Source: Phyllosticta citribraziliensis | Taxonomy: Eukaryota | Assembly (NCBI RefSeq): GCF_038025025.1 | Contig: NW_027117352.1 | Location: forward strand, 558,001-622,000 | Direction: 5' to 3' | DNA length: 64,000 nucleotides | Shown here: positions 35,149 through 48,313 of the stretch, piece by piece | Position numbering within the stretch: the first letter of the stretch is position 1 | Layout of the letters: each line of letters opens with the position of its first letter | Notes under the pieces: model-generated | The model's database searches: none | The model's input: only the letters and a program-made list of their open reading frames with translations | What the model was told of the DNA's origin: nothing | Translations under genes and position numbers: made by a program

Positions 35149-36646
35149 GGTTGCGGGCGCGACCGCGCAGATTCAGGAAATTTCCAGGTCGGACGCGTGC
35201 GTGCGTGCTGCGGTGCCAGGGCCTGCCAGCGTATTTGGCCGTCTTGTGCGGCGTCATCGATGGAGTTTGGGCGTGCGAGGGTGGAGCGGATGCGGGGCCA
35301 GATGGGCGGACAGACGGACAGACGGACGGATGGATGGATTCATGGAGGGGAGGACGACAGGTGGGTAAAATTAGATGACGAGTGCGGTGGGCGTGGTGGA
35401 CAAGTGCGACGGGCGACAGACGCGCTCGTCGAGGTCGCGGAAATCCTGCTATTTGCTCTGCCGTAGCTGCTGTTGCTGTCGCTGTTGCGTCGGCTTGGGC
35501 CGTGGGCTGTGGTGTTTTGGCGTGGAGGGCGTCAGCGCAAGAGTCAGAAAATTGGAGACGCACCAACAGGCCCAAAAGCCAGCACGCAAAACAAGCACCA
35601 CGACAGCATCCGCAACAAGCAAGCAGGCGAGCAAGCATACCAAAGGCCACCCGCCGACCCCAGCGCTCTCGCGTCCGTCCATCCCCCATCCCCAGGTTCT
35701 CAGACCCTCCAGCGCGCCCGGCTGGCTCAAACAGACCCCACCCACGCGCGCGTTGATGAGGTGGCTGGTCGCTTTGTTATTTGTTTTCTCGTCCATCAAT
35801 CTACATTTGCACAGTCCCCACTATCCCACCAGGAGCCTGGCGACTGCGCGACAAGGTGTTTCGTTTTTCCTTTCGTCGATAGATAGAGGTTTCTGTCTGT
35901 CTGGTGGCTGGGCGGCGTGGAGGCGTGGAGGCATGGATGGAGCACGCACGCAAGCGGCCGGCTGGCTGGCCAGCTGTCTGTGGCTCGGTCGACGAGACGA
36001 CGGAAGCTATTTTCTTCTGCAAGGCCGTCTGTGCTGCTGTCTATGTACAGTACCTAGACCACCTACGTACCTACCTACTGCATCGTCACTCCAAGCCCTC
36101 CGCTCGATCGAGGTCGGTCGGTCAGTCAGTCGAGCACTGCGCTGCTCTGCGCTGCGTCGTCGCGTTGCGTCGCCCTCTCATCTTGTTTCCACGGACGACG
36201 ACCATAGACGACAGCGCCGATGTGCTGTGCTGTGTACATAGGCAGGAGAACCTAACACCGACCGCCCGACTCATATATGTAGGGACAGGTATGTACGCAT
36301 GTACCTAGGTATGATGCATGCACGTTGTGTTAAGATGCAGCCGCAGGGGCCGTTCCAAGGCCAAGTCAAGTTGGCCACCACCAGGCGCAGATCCAGATCC
36401 AGGTCCTGCCAGGTTCTGTCCTGCCAGGTCCGCTGCGGGCCAGACAAACAGCACGCCAAACTGCTTGTTGCTCGATGTGTGCAAGGCCCAAGGCAAGGCC
36501 CCACTCGCCGTCACACGTCGAATGGATGGATGGATGCGTCATTCGGGTGTGCGGGCGAGCAATTGGAAAAATCCAGTCGCCCAACCACCTCAACGCCCGC
36601 TGCTCGGTTGCGTGCTTGGGGGGCGAGGCGAAATCAGCGACTGGAA

Positions 36647-36675
36647 TCAGTCAGTCAGTCAGTCAGTCAGTCAGT
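36647..36675. repeat. (CAGT)n microsatellite, about 7 units
   Basis: tcagtcagtcagtcagtcagtcagtcagt. Confidence 0.9.
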
Positions 36676-37422
36676 GAGAGGGAAATGGACGGGCTCCCAC
36701 CACCGCCAGCGTGACGCGACCCCGACGCGCCGTGGCACCACACCAGCGCAGCGGCCCACATCGCCGTCTGCAAGGACAGCCGGTCCGGTCGCAGGGGTGG
36801 GCGCGCTAAGCTTGCTTGGTTGCGGTGGTTGCATGGGCTGCAGGGTTGCATGCATGCGTGCGTGCCAAGGATCAGAGCAGGGTAGGCAAGGGCAAGACAG
36901 GGGAGGAGGACGGAGGAGGGCAGAGAAGTTCTTGTCGTCGTTGTGAAGACACAGGCAAGGCAGTCAAGTCAGTGACTGAGTGAGTAGGTGGAAGAGACGA
37001 CTCCATGCATGTTCAGCTAAACCTAGACACAAGAAACCCTGTCATCGTCGCATCATCGAAACAAAAGACGAAACAGAAGAAATGGTAAAGTGAGAAGAAA
37101 AAAGTTTTTGGTAGAAGCTGCGGTCAATCGCCCAAGTGGTATAGCGGCAATCGACCCAATGCCCATCCGTAGCCAAGAAGAAGCTGTGATGAGGCAAGGA
37201 ACCATGATTAAAAAAGCAGTAGAACCGTGTAGTAGCAGTAGTAGAAAAAACCCCCGAAGAATTCCGATTCCCGATTGTTTGATCCACCGTTTCCATCAAA
37301 GCGTGCAACCCATGTTGGGTCATTGACGATCAAAACTCCATGCATCCCTCCCACACACCATGCTGAACCTGTGAGGAAATGAGACGGAGAAGAAGCAGTG
37401 CGAGTCACGATGCGCCCGGCGC

Positions 37423-37979
37423 TCAGGCAAGGGCAACGAAGACACCGGCGGCGATCAGGGCGGCCATGGCGCTGTTCATCTCGATGGACGAACCGCCGTT
37501 GGACGGGACGATGGTGGACGACGGCGAAGCAGAAGGAGAAGCGCTGCCGGCAGACGTGGCGGGGACGGAGCCAGAGGCCTCGGTGGTCGACTCAGCAGGA
37601 GCCGTGGACGTCTCGCCGGGCTCGGTGGTGGCAGCGCCCGTGACGGGAGTCGGGAGCGAGGCACCCGAGGACGCGATCTCGGTGGTGGCGCCGGAGGTGA
37701 TGGGAGTGTTGGGCGAGCCCGGAGTGACCGACGCGCTGGTGACGGCGACCGTGGTGGTCGACGAGGCCGGGACGGTGGTGGGAGCCGACGAGCTGCTCGA
37801 GAGGACACAGTCGCTGGCGGTGACGGTGACGGTCTCGGTGACGGCCTGACGGGCGAACAGGTTGAAGGCGTCTGGGGCAGAAGGGTCAGTCAATGGTAGA
37901 GCGAGGTGAGGAAAAAGGACTGACCAGTGCCGGTCATGGCGACGACGGCGACCAGGGCGACCATGGACTTGGAGAACAT
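37423..37979 (-). CDS. Small secreted Ser/Thr-rich, probably GPI-anchored cell-wall protein, 2 exons
   Basis: Signal peptide MFSKSMVALVAVVAMTG; phase-1 intron at 37872-37924; S/T/P/A-rich body; C-terminal PSNGG...MAALIAAGVFVALA GPI-type signal. Confidence 0.88.
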
Positions 37980-40900
37980 GTTGGCGGTGTTGATTGAGAG
38001 TTGGAAAGGTGACCGATGTCGCAGAGCAATGTGCAATTATGCAGCGGATTGGATGTCTGTAGAGTGGTGGTTAGCACGTCAACCGGCAGAGAGACGAGGG
38101 CGGTTGGCGACGTACTGGGTAGAGGATTGGGTGGTATAGCCAATGGATCGCGATATTGTTTGGAGTGTGGTGACGAGGAGAGGAGAGGAGAGGAGCAGAA
38201 GAGGGCCGTAGGAAGCTTTTATGCGAGCCGGGCAGCGCCTGTCCCGTCGGCGGGCACCAGGGCAGGGCATGCTAAGGTGGTAGCACTCGCCTTGTCCTGT
38301 CCTGGGGTGTGCAGGGGGCGCGGAACGCGGTGGAAGACCTGACGGCAGGGAGGGCTGGGCCACCTGCACCTACACCCACACCCACACCCTTGCGCCGGCA
38401 CCGTCCACGCCCACGGCCTGCAGCTTGTCCTCCGCTACTACGAACAAGCTCACTACCTAATGGTAACAGGTAACCCTCATTCCGGCCTGTCCACCCAGCC
38501 TGCGTTTGCGGCGCCTGTGCTCGCCCGCCTCTTTGACCCCCGCTTCACGTCAAGTGCCGCCGCCTGTTTGCCCATCTGGAATCTTGGGCCAAGGCTGCTA
38601 CGTGCGACTTGACGTGGGGGCAACATCAATGAGAGGCTGAAGTCGGGGCGGGTGTGGCTCAGGTCAGAAACTCAACACCACGGGAGGAGCTAGCCCTGAC
38701 GTCATCTATCCCGGCCCATCAATCCCGTCTGACAAAACGTGAGACTGAGCCGTTGAGATGCTGCTGTTCAACCTCTTTTCCCACGCGGCGCAAAATGTAA
38801 ACCTTCTTTCCCGCCCGACGTCGTCGTAGCCGCCGGCTCTCTGCTCCTTCTCGGTCTGTCTCCGTTGAGTTCCTACGGGTTGGAGAGGCCTCGTCGCTGT
38901 TGCCCCAGATGGAAGTCAGATCACTTCGGTACTCCTCGTCTTTCGCCTTCATGTCTCCTCCACACCACTCCACTCTTTTCTCCGACCGCAGTCATTCGTT
39001 CAGTGCTGCTTTGGACCGCTTTGGAAGACCAACTTGGACTTTGGACTTTCTTGTCTCGTTCTCTCGCTTTCTCGCTTTCCGCAATCAGCCCTTCGCCTCG
39101 GACTCCCATTTAGATCCAGGTTTGTTTCTTTTTGCCAGCATGATACCCCGTCTGCCGACTTTTTCGATTGCACTGTTGCGCTTTTTCTCCCAGCACCTTT
39201 TTGTCACATGTCTTGTCATTCCCTTCCCCTCTACATCCCCTCGACAACATTTTCGCCCGCTGGTTGATGGCGTGTGGGCACGGGATTTCCTGATGGTTTG
39301 TTAGGTGTTTTTCTGTATGTTTAAGGGCTTTGTTGGTCCCTGGGGCGGCTTTGCTTCACTCTTTTGATCTTTCTTTTGTCGACTTGTCGTTGCTCTCTCT
39401 CTCCCGTCTGCATGTCATACTGGCACTTTTACTTTGTCAGTCTGCATATTTGATGGCGTGGAGGTAATGGTGTGTATGAGGGATAGATAGGTGTAGGAAG
39501 ATTATTCAACTGGTCTGTTCTTACCTGAGTTGGTCGGCCGCGATGGGAATGTGTGGTCACGTCGCGCCGTGCCTGTCGTCAGTCGAAACAAGCTTTGCGG
39601 CTCCGCGCGGGCCGGGCGTCCAGTTGGTTGCCCTGGGTGATCTTGTAAATGTTATCAGGGATGCTGCTGGCGGGACGTTGGGATTATCCCTGTAGGGGTC
39701 TTGGTCGTGAGATGGGTTGGTGGTCTTGGGGAAGATGAGTGGGAAGATGAGTGGCGAGAGCGCTGATCCGTGATGTGGGCTGGGCGGAGATCGAGGTCCT
39801 CAAATACATGCAGTACACCCGCGCAAACTCGCCGTCTCACTTATCGACCAACTGACCAACCTCTCGCATATATCTCGCTATGTAGATACGTTCACAGCAA
39901 GCATTCTACGAAAGGCATGCAACGCGCGCGCCAACGCATCCGGTCTTTTACGCACACACCTACGCCAATCAGCGAGCGTTGGGACCTGCGATAGGCAGGT
40001 GCAGAGGAGAAGAAGAAGAAAGAAGATGGCGGGGAGTGTGCATACATGCTTGCGCACGCGAGGTATGCAGCGCGGCGGCGATCCATTGCTTGCTCGCTTG
40101 CTCGCTCGCGTGTTGGAGTCGGGTCGGCCTACTCAGCTATGTAGGTGCGTTTGCGGCTCGAGCTGGGATGACTAGAGTGCTGGGTAAGTTTTCCGTCGGT
40201 TGATGGGGCAGGCTGACTAAGAGGCGAGCTAGGCAGTCAAGGACATGTAAGTCGAGTGTTTGAGCCGGTCCTGCTCCTTCTCCTGCTCTGTCCGCAGAGA
40301 ACGCCAGATGGAACAGAGAAATCAGACGGCGTGTCGACAGACCCACAGACACAGACAAAGAGAGACACACTTCTTGCGCGCGCGCTGCTCGCCGCAAGCG
40401 TCGGCCGCTTCGCATGCACCCATACCGTCGACCTCGAATCAACTATGCGTGGCGGGCTGGCGGGCTGGCTGGCTGGCAGGTGTTTTCCGAAAATGTCTCC
40501 GCACGTGTCTCTCCCGCCGAGGAATGCCTGCATGAGTGCCTGAGTGCCAGGTACGGTGCGGTACCTGAGCGACGAAGTGGCGTGGCGTCGAGGGGGCAAC
40601 GAATGGAACACCATGCCATGCGATGCGTGGACCTGTCTCACCTCATAGGAAAGAGAGATGGAAAAAAAAGTGTCTTGCGGATTATCGTCGCGTTGATTGC
40701 GTTGCGTTGCACGCCGCCTGGATGGATGGCTAGCTAGCTGGCTGGCTGGCTAAATTTTGATGAGATGCATGCGTTTGACTTTTGTTACTTGCCACTGCCA
40801 CTGCCACTGCTGCTCGAAAGCCTCACCTCCTCTCCAAACGTCTTGACGCGGCCATCGTTCTCCTCGACCTAAATATCCTGTCCGCAGGGGGGCACACGCC

Positions 40901-41165
40901 GGCAGTGCAGTACTGTACAAGACACGCCGAGCGTGATTACTGGGACCCCTGACCCCTGATCAGCACAACGGACTCGCCCATTCATCCACTCACTCGCTCA
41001 CTCCTTCCAATGCACTTATGCAGGCAAAAAGACGACAAGACAGGGCAATAGAAAAGAAGAAAATCTAGACTCGCATGCGTAAACGAACCAAGATACCAAA
41101 CAACCCAACTCTCCACCCACCTACCCAGCTTGTCCACCACCGCGCCGAGCCGAGCCGAGCCGAGC

Positions 41166-44100
41166 TCAATCATCCTTGACCTCCGCGCACCGCGGACACC
41201 CGCGGTCAATGGCGTTGCGAATCAAATGGGCGTGGGCCACCTTGGCGCCGACGCTGCGGCTCGACGTGTCCGGGTCGGCGGCAAACTGCGCCTGCAGCGC
41301 GGCCGCCGCCGTGGCGCTCGAGTTGGGGTCGTGGTCGGTGGGGTGCTCGGCCGACGAGCGCTCCGTTTCGAGCAGGCACGACAGGTGGTAGACGTGGCCG
41401 CAGGCGAAGCCGATGAGGGTTTCTTTTTCTGTTGGAGGTGAGTGTGAGTTTGGGGTGTTTTGAGAGAGAGATAGAGAATGGGTGTGTGGGCTGAAGCTTA
41501 CCGTCCTCGACAAACGCCTTGCGGCATCCGACGCAGTGGCCCGGTTTGGCGCGGTGCTCCTCTTGCGCGCGCTCCTCGGGCGACATTTGCGCCTTCTTGT
41601 CGTCAGACGCCGGCGCCGCGATCGAGTTGGATTTGGGATTGACAAAGACGTCGACGTGGTCGGCGGCCTTGTCGACGACCTCAAACTTGACGCCGCGCCG
41701 TCGGCCCGCGCGCAGCGTGTCCATGGCTTGCGCCACCTCACTTCGCAGCACCTTGGCCACGCCGTCGCTGATGCTGAATTGAATTTCGAATTCTCGCACC
41801 ATGCGCCGGATGCCGTCGCGCAGGCCTTCAATCTCGAGTCCCTCGGGGATGCGGCGAACGAGTTGGATTGGATCGATGGCTGTACCGACTTCTTCGAGGA
41901 GCCCGCGGATAAAGTGTGGCTTGTCCATGCTGTAGTCGAGAAGGTCATCCCAAAGGTCAGGGTCATCTTGGTCCTTGGCAAAGGAAATGGCGTATGAGAC
42001 GTCGCCGAGTTTCTCGATAATGAGGAAAAGGGCTTTCTTCGTCTGGCCAGTCTTGGAAAGGATGTAGCTGCAAAGGTCAGAAGGTGATGGGGCCTGCTAT
42101 TGTTGGGAACTTACACAAGCTCTGGGATGTACTGCCTGGCATCGCACACAGCAACTGCCTTTTCGAAATCGTAGCTCTCTGATGACTTGAGCAAGTTCAT
42201 CAACAGCGGTCGGTCGTATTCAGCGAAAAGTTCCACCGCGAGATCTCCAAAGTCTTCGACAAGTGCCTTGCCCTCGTGCACCAGACGGTCATGACGCCCA
42301 CGGGATTGAGTTTCTGCACCTTCTCCCTTCCACAGGGAGCGAAGGTAAAAGAAGAGGAAGGGCTGATAGGAGAGCCCCTTTTCTTGCAGCTGCTCGACGA
42401 CAGCGTGCGGACTAACGATTCCCTGGTATGCTTCATCAATGAGCAGCTGGATAGCCTCCGATGATGCCTCCTCGAGCTCCTCGAGGGGAGCAGATTTCAT
42501 TTGCTCCCTGGAAACCCTGAGCATGATGAAGCCAGGAATGTCATCGGCAACAGCGCTCATCAAGCGATGATCGCGGATGAGAGACATGGCAGCTTCAGCA
42601 TTTTGAGTCTGAAAGTAGCAGCTGAGAGCGTCTCTTGGTCGCGCATCCGCGATGTAGAGTTTGGCCAGGCATTCGAGTAAAATGCGCCAATCTCTCCCTC
42701 TCTCGCCATCTTCGACGGAATCTTCGCGCACGTCTCCCGAGCTCAGCCTACCCTCTATTGCAGAAATGATGGCTTTGGTGTCGAAAAGCTCCGGCTCCCA
42801 GAGGTCCAGCAATTCCTTTACTTTGAGGCGGTCTCGAATAATGTAGTTGCCGAGGACCATCTCGTAGACAATGGAGGGGAGCGGGGGATGTAGCTGTTTG
42901 GTCGGGATGTAAGGCGTGATAGCGTCGAACTGGCCAGCCTGCGCAAACGTCCAGACCCAGTGCTCCCATCTCGACGAAGTCCCAAGCACTTTGCCTGCAA
43001 CCTTGCCCGCAGTCTTCCAGTCTTTGACATCCACCAGCTGTTGCAGCCATAGATCACCTATCCTGCGCTTCTCTTTTTCCACGTTCGAGTTGTGTATTCT
43101 TTCAGCCGAGAGTGTTGTTTGCGATGAATCATCCGCAAAAAAGTCAACCATGCTGCCCTGTCGTTTGATGGTCGAGGCAGGGCTGCTGACGCTCGAAGCA
43201 TCTTCAACAGGCATCGCGTGAGGAATAATGGCCTCTGGGTGGTCGTTGACCAAACCCCATGCCTCGTCGTATTTTTTGTGCTCCAAAAGCCACGTCAAGT
43301 GGTCCGCGAGGTCGCGCTTTAATCCAATAACGCAGTCGTAGGGACTGTGGATGTAAATCTTTAAACCCGCAGTCGATGCTACGGATTGAGCACCCTTCAG
43401 TACCACGGGTTTCGCTGTAGCCGAAACGGCTGTTTGCGCAGAAGAGCCGCGTGATGGTGGTTTTGCAGTGTCGCCGCTACTTGTCAGGCTGACTATGCTG
43501 GCGCCAGAGCTAAAGATGCGGCGGGCACTCATGCCGGCGTCCCAGAGACCTTCACCAATGGCTTCGAGGGCGCCTCTTTGAGCCGATGTACCAGCTTGTA
43601 ACGTTGGGACGTACATCGTGCTAAGGTGGTAGTCATTCGCAGAGAGGGTTTCGTAACGACTAATAGTCAGGGTGTCGACATCCACCTCCTCGGACGTCTT
43701 GGCATTGATTAGCCTCAACTCGGGTTGGATGCCATTATTGCGGTGGTGCACGCCGCGCTTGGGCGATGACGCCTCTTGGGCCGCAGAGGCAATCGGATTA
43801 TTGTCGTCGTCCCGGGTGCGGTATGCGAGAACAAGCAGAATGGAAGGGGTATAAAGCGATAAACCAGAAATAATACAGTCGTCGAAACGAAGTCTACGCG
43901 GATTGTTAGCCTGTGACTCTTCCCGGCATAGAAAACTTACTTGTGTATAATGTCCGCACGTCCAATAGATCTCTCTGGAACATGCCTGCCATTTCCAACT
44001 CCCCCTGGGTCGACATGTATCACCCACGCCGTGTCACCCCATCCCACCAAGAGTTTCTCTTTTCGGGATACACCTGGCCTGGATCCGGGTTTACTTGCAG

Positions 44101-45356
44101 AAGATGGCCTTTCTAAGCCGTTGCTCAAAACGGCATCGCCATCAGACTCGAGCTTTTGATCGTCGGCCCATTCGAGCCTTGCTTTCCAAACGCCAGCCAT
44201 GTCTTCCCATTGGCCGTGGTAGGGCCGATCCACGTGAGCTATTCGTCTCCACGCAAGCTCGGCATCTGCGCTTTCGAGCTTGACATTTGATCGCATTATC
44301 TTTATGCCTTGTTCATTTGCCCAAGCGACGTATTTGCCGGATAATGACCACTTGATTGTGCTGATGGTGCCTTCTCCAGAATGCAGTACAGCATCCTTTC
44401 CCGTGTTTGATCCAAGTCCAATAGACCCGAGCCATCCGGAAGCCGCAGCAGCAGCGCTATTTGTGTTTGCCTCTGCACTCACACCCGCTCGACCGCCCTG
44501 AGTGAGGATGAGGTTGCCTGCCAGACCGCCCGATAGAAATTGCTTGTCGCTCTTGTAGTCGGGTGAGAGAGCAACCGCATTGAGAGGTCTCCGGAAGTTC
44601 CTGAGCATAATATCCTTTGGATCTACTAACGAAAACACACAGACCTGACCGTCTATGGACGAGGTCGCGACGTATATCGAGTTCGATGGTGTGGCTGGCA
44701 AGGGCACCATCTGTCTCTGGTTCCTCGCAGCTCCCGCCGCGTTGACGCTGGCCGACGTTGGGACTCTTTGCTCTACCGCTCTATTGGGAGGTTCCGTAGC
44801 AGATCTTGTTGGGAGCTCGGCCCTAAAATCCGGCATTGGCGGAGGAAAGGGAGACACGGAAACGGACGTGATGGAGGCAGAGTGGGCGCGATAGAATCGC
44901 AGCGACTGGAATGAGGGGAGCGAGAGGACATTCTGATACCGTCAGTCTCGTCCAATCATTGGAAGCTTCAAACTTACCACATGGCCATTGTGAGTCCCGA
45001 TAATCTACTCGACCTTAGCAATCTCAACATATTGGCGCGACTGGACTTGGGCGCTTGGTGATTCATACCATCTTGTCCCCACCGACCAAGAAGCTGCTCG
45101 TAGCATCGCCATTGCGGTATACAGAGCCCAAGTAGCCAGTGAGGCGGTCGTACTTTAGCTTGGGCTCCTCATCCTCTTCGTCGTCGTCTTCGGACTCGCC
45201 GTGGTCGGCGGTGCTGACCTCTGAGACGGTGCTGCGCTCGTCGAGATTGGCGGCGCCATCGTCGGGGTTGTGTCCATTCGGTTGCGCAGCCATGCTGAGG
45301 GCATGGTCCACGCCTTGGTCGTCTGGCAGCTGTGAAGTCGATGGGGGCGTGGACAT
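41166..45356 (-). CDS. VPS41: HOPS complex subunit Vps41 (WD40, clathrin repeat, C-terminal RING-like finger), multi-exon
   Basis: EEEPKLKYDRLT; IGTHNG; FRRPLNAVALSPDY; LHSGEGTISTIKWS; YIPELVYIL; PQLVRRIPEGLEIEGL; C-terminal CVGC...ACGHVYHLSCL...CPRC. Confidence 0.95.
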
Positions 45357-45561
45357 GCTAGCATGACGACGTGAGTTGCGGCGGGACGTGACTAAGCCCG
45401 TGGCCGGCTAGCCTGGCTAGCGCGGAGACGGAGACACGGGCGGCGCGGCGCGCTCGGATGGTTGGACATTTGACGTATCTCCCGCGACTTTTCCTCTGTC
45501 TTCACTTTCGAGCCAAGTCTCACCCTCCGCCCCCGATGAAACCCGTCATTCAGACCCGGCG

Positions 45562-46971
45562 ATGCAGTCTTTTCGCTTCCATGCCTTCAATTGGTCCAAA
45601 CTGAGCGCCGCAACTTTGCGGGGACCGCGCTCCATCCAGTCCTACGGCCCTGCTGCTCTGCACCGCGTCTCCCGTCGACAATACTCCAAGGATGCCCGCC
45701 CTTTTTCTTCCAATTCCACCCGATCCAAAGAAAAGCAAATTGAACCCGAATCGAAAGATCCTACTCCGCCTGAGGAACAGTCCAAGCCGATCAACCATGG
45801 AAAGCGAAGCAGAACCTCAAGTCCGGAGAAATCCACGCTTCGAAAAGTTGCCGTGGAAGCACAGCGCAAGAGATTGAGGGCAAGAACGGGAATACGAGAC
45901 ATGGAGACCAAGGTAGGAATATCCTGACATTGGCCCATCCCCATGCTAAGAGGTCGACAGAAAGTCACAGCATACTGCGCCGCGGAATCGTACAACATTG
46001 AAAAAGTCCTCAACTTGGTCAAGGGCGAAGGCTATGAGCTAGACCCTTATCAGACTGGACTTTTCCCTCAAGTCGTCCATATACGTGTCAACAATGCGCT
46101 GGAAAGCACAGACACCGGGGACCTCTTCATCTTTCCATCGGGAACCGTCGTCGCTTGGAACATCCAGGAAAAGGTAGCATTCAGACTGGTCAACAAGACA
46201 CTCGTCCCCGCCGCCGAAGGCACCGAACTAGACGACATGGAGATTGAAGACATGGCATACATCGAGAATCCACGGTCAAGCACCAGCGACGTGTCGGGCG
46301 ATACGATCGTACTTGGGACCAGCGGGGCAGAAGAGGACCACCGATCAGCCGCGCTGACGGCTCATCTGGAAGGCCAATCTTTTCCCACGCACGAGGTCGA
46401 CGCAGTTCTGGCCAAGATTGCTTTTTCCTCTGGCTTGGCGCGCTCGACCAAACTCGCCGTGCTCGAAGGCCTGCTCAACAACTACTTTGAATCGACACGC
46501 AACATCCCGACGGTACTGTCAAGAGGATCAAGGCTGCGATTCAGCCGGCGCTTCATCCTGATGAAAACAGGCGAGCTGCTCAACATCCGGGCGCAGCTGA
46601 ATTTGTACTCGGAGCTAACCGATGCGCTTCCCGACCTCTTCTGGGACAGCCGTCACGATCTGGGCCTCGAGGACTATTACACCAAAGTCGGCCGCGCCCT
46701 TGATGTTTCGGTACGCATCAAGTCACTCAACGACAAGCTGACGTACGCCCAAGAGATTGCTCAGGTCTTGAGCTCTCGCCTCGAGGAGAAACACGGACAT
46801 ACCCTCGAATGGATCATTATCCTTTTGATTGCCTTTGAGATATTGCTCGAACTCAGACGCCTCTGGAAAGAGCACCAGGAGGTTTCGGAGCCAGACAGTC
46901 TGGAAAATCTCCTTCGCCGCTACTTGTCTGGCAAAGCGAAGCCAGGCAAGGAAGAGCAGATTGAACAATAG
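45562..46971 (+). CDS. RMD1/RMND1-family (DUF155) protein, probably mitochondrial, 2 exons
   Basis: VTAYCAAESY; LFIFPSGTVVAW; KIAFSSGLARSTKL; LNLYSELTDALPDLFW; RALDVSVRIKSLNDKL; LEWIIILLIAFE. Intron at 45913-45960; Arg-rich N-terminus. Confidence 0.9.
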
Positions 46972-48313
46972 CTTTTGTGTACATGAATTCTTCGCTCTCG
47001 CCTCGCTGTTGTACGTAAAAGTCTTGTTTTGGGCTGGTCGCTCTGCTACGGATACCCTACTCTTTGGCGGTAAAATGTACATTGCAAGGCGGCGCTTCCA
47101 AAGTACGCAACTTCGGAATCAAATCTTCTCTGTTATATCGTATTCGTCTCTCCCAAAGTCTTTGAGTCCTCTCCATTCTGTGGCGACTTCATGATTCTAC
47201 AACGCACATCTCAGGACAGCAAGCATGCCTCGGTGCTTCGCTGCTGCACACTGCGTCAAGCGAGTGCGCTTGTTGCGGGAGCTGTGTCCAATTTATCCTC
47301 TGTCATCATCATTCAGGTGGAAGAGAACAATTTGGCAGATAAGTTAGCAGCAAAGAGCCCCCTAGAGCTGATTTGGTACTTATTTTGACGCAACTTAGCA
47401 AAGGTGGAGTCCCGTTTCCCTGGTTCCGGATGCTCTGCTTGGACTCCAATCGGGTATTGAGGGCTTCGTGGCGCGAAGAGAGTGCCTGGCATTGGTAACG
47501 ACCGGGATGGTTCAGGATTTTTCGCGGTAAGTTTGCATGCTCACAGGGGCTTCCAGCTTGCAGGCATGCCCTTTTCTTTGAGTCCTTCTCGGCCACTGAT
47601 TTGTTTCTCGCGGGGCTGCAAGTCGGCCCCTGAAAATAGAAGAAACGGAGCGTAGCCTGTTTTTTATTTCTTTATTCGCTGCCGCGCCACTTATCTCTTC
47701 GTCCCATTTTCGGAACTCAGGGGTCATGGACTAGCGAGCGACCTAAGACTTTCTGGAAGATTTGAACGACGTCTGGTCAAGAGCAATGTCGTTGCATTGT
47801 TTGCTTCACTTTGAGAGACGGCACGGTGATGATGTTTTCTTTTGTCTTCGTTGCTTTTTCTGGGGATGTGGGGGAGGCGCGTGGCGCGTGGATATCCCGC
47901 TCCTTTCCCGTTCGCTCAACACCTCACGGCTCCATTCGACATGTGTGCGCTCATTCTTCAATTCTTCAAGGTACAAAACTATCGCTCAAGTAAACCATGG
48001 AGGCCGAAGGCGCGGACGATCCCGGATACAGAACATTCTGCGATTGACATGTTTGGCTCAGTCGTCTCCACGGCCGATATCGTGGCCCAATCCGAGCACT
48101 CGGACGGGACGAGATGGTACTTAGTCAGGTGCCAGCTTGGCAACTCCATGCTACCTTGACCCGCCCGTCTTGCATGACAGAGAGGGAGACCGATGTATTC
48201 CTCTCAGCGAGCTACTTTTACGCATCGGAGCTTCTCTTTACTTCGAGGTACCACTACTCTGACTATTTCTGAACATCTTCTGCAGCCATAGAAAATCTCG
48301 TAAACAGACAGCC

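Noticed and set aside
33000..36950. Many 100-290-codon ORFs in the gene-poor interval
   Set aside because: They run through microsatellites, have Arg/Cys/Ala-rich non-protein-like composition, and lack codon bias.
38468..38480. TAACCCT as a possible telomerase RNA template
   Set aside because: It reads TAACCCTCA rather than TAACCCTAA, and I see no supporting pseudoknot.
47100..47727. Short - strand ORFs downstream of the RMD1-family gene
   Set aside because: No recognisable motif and no consistent exon chain.
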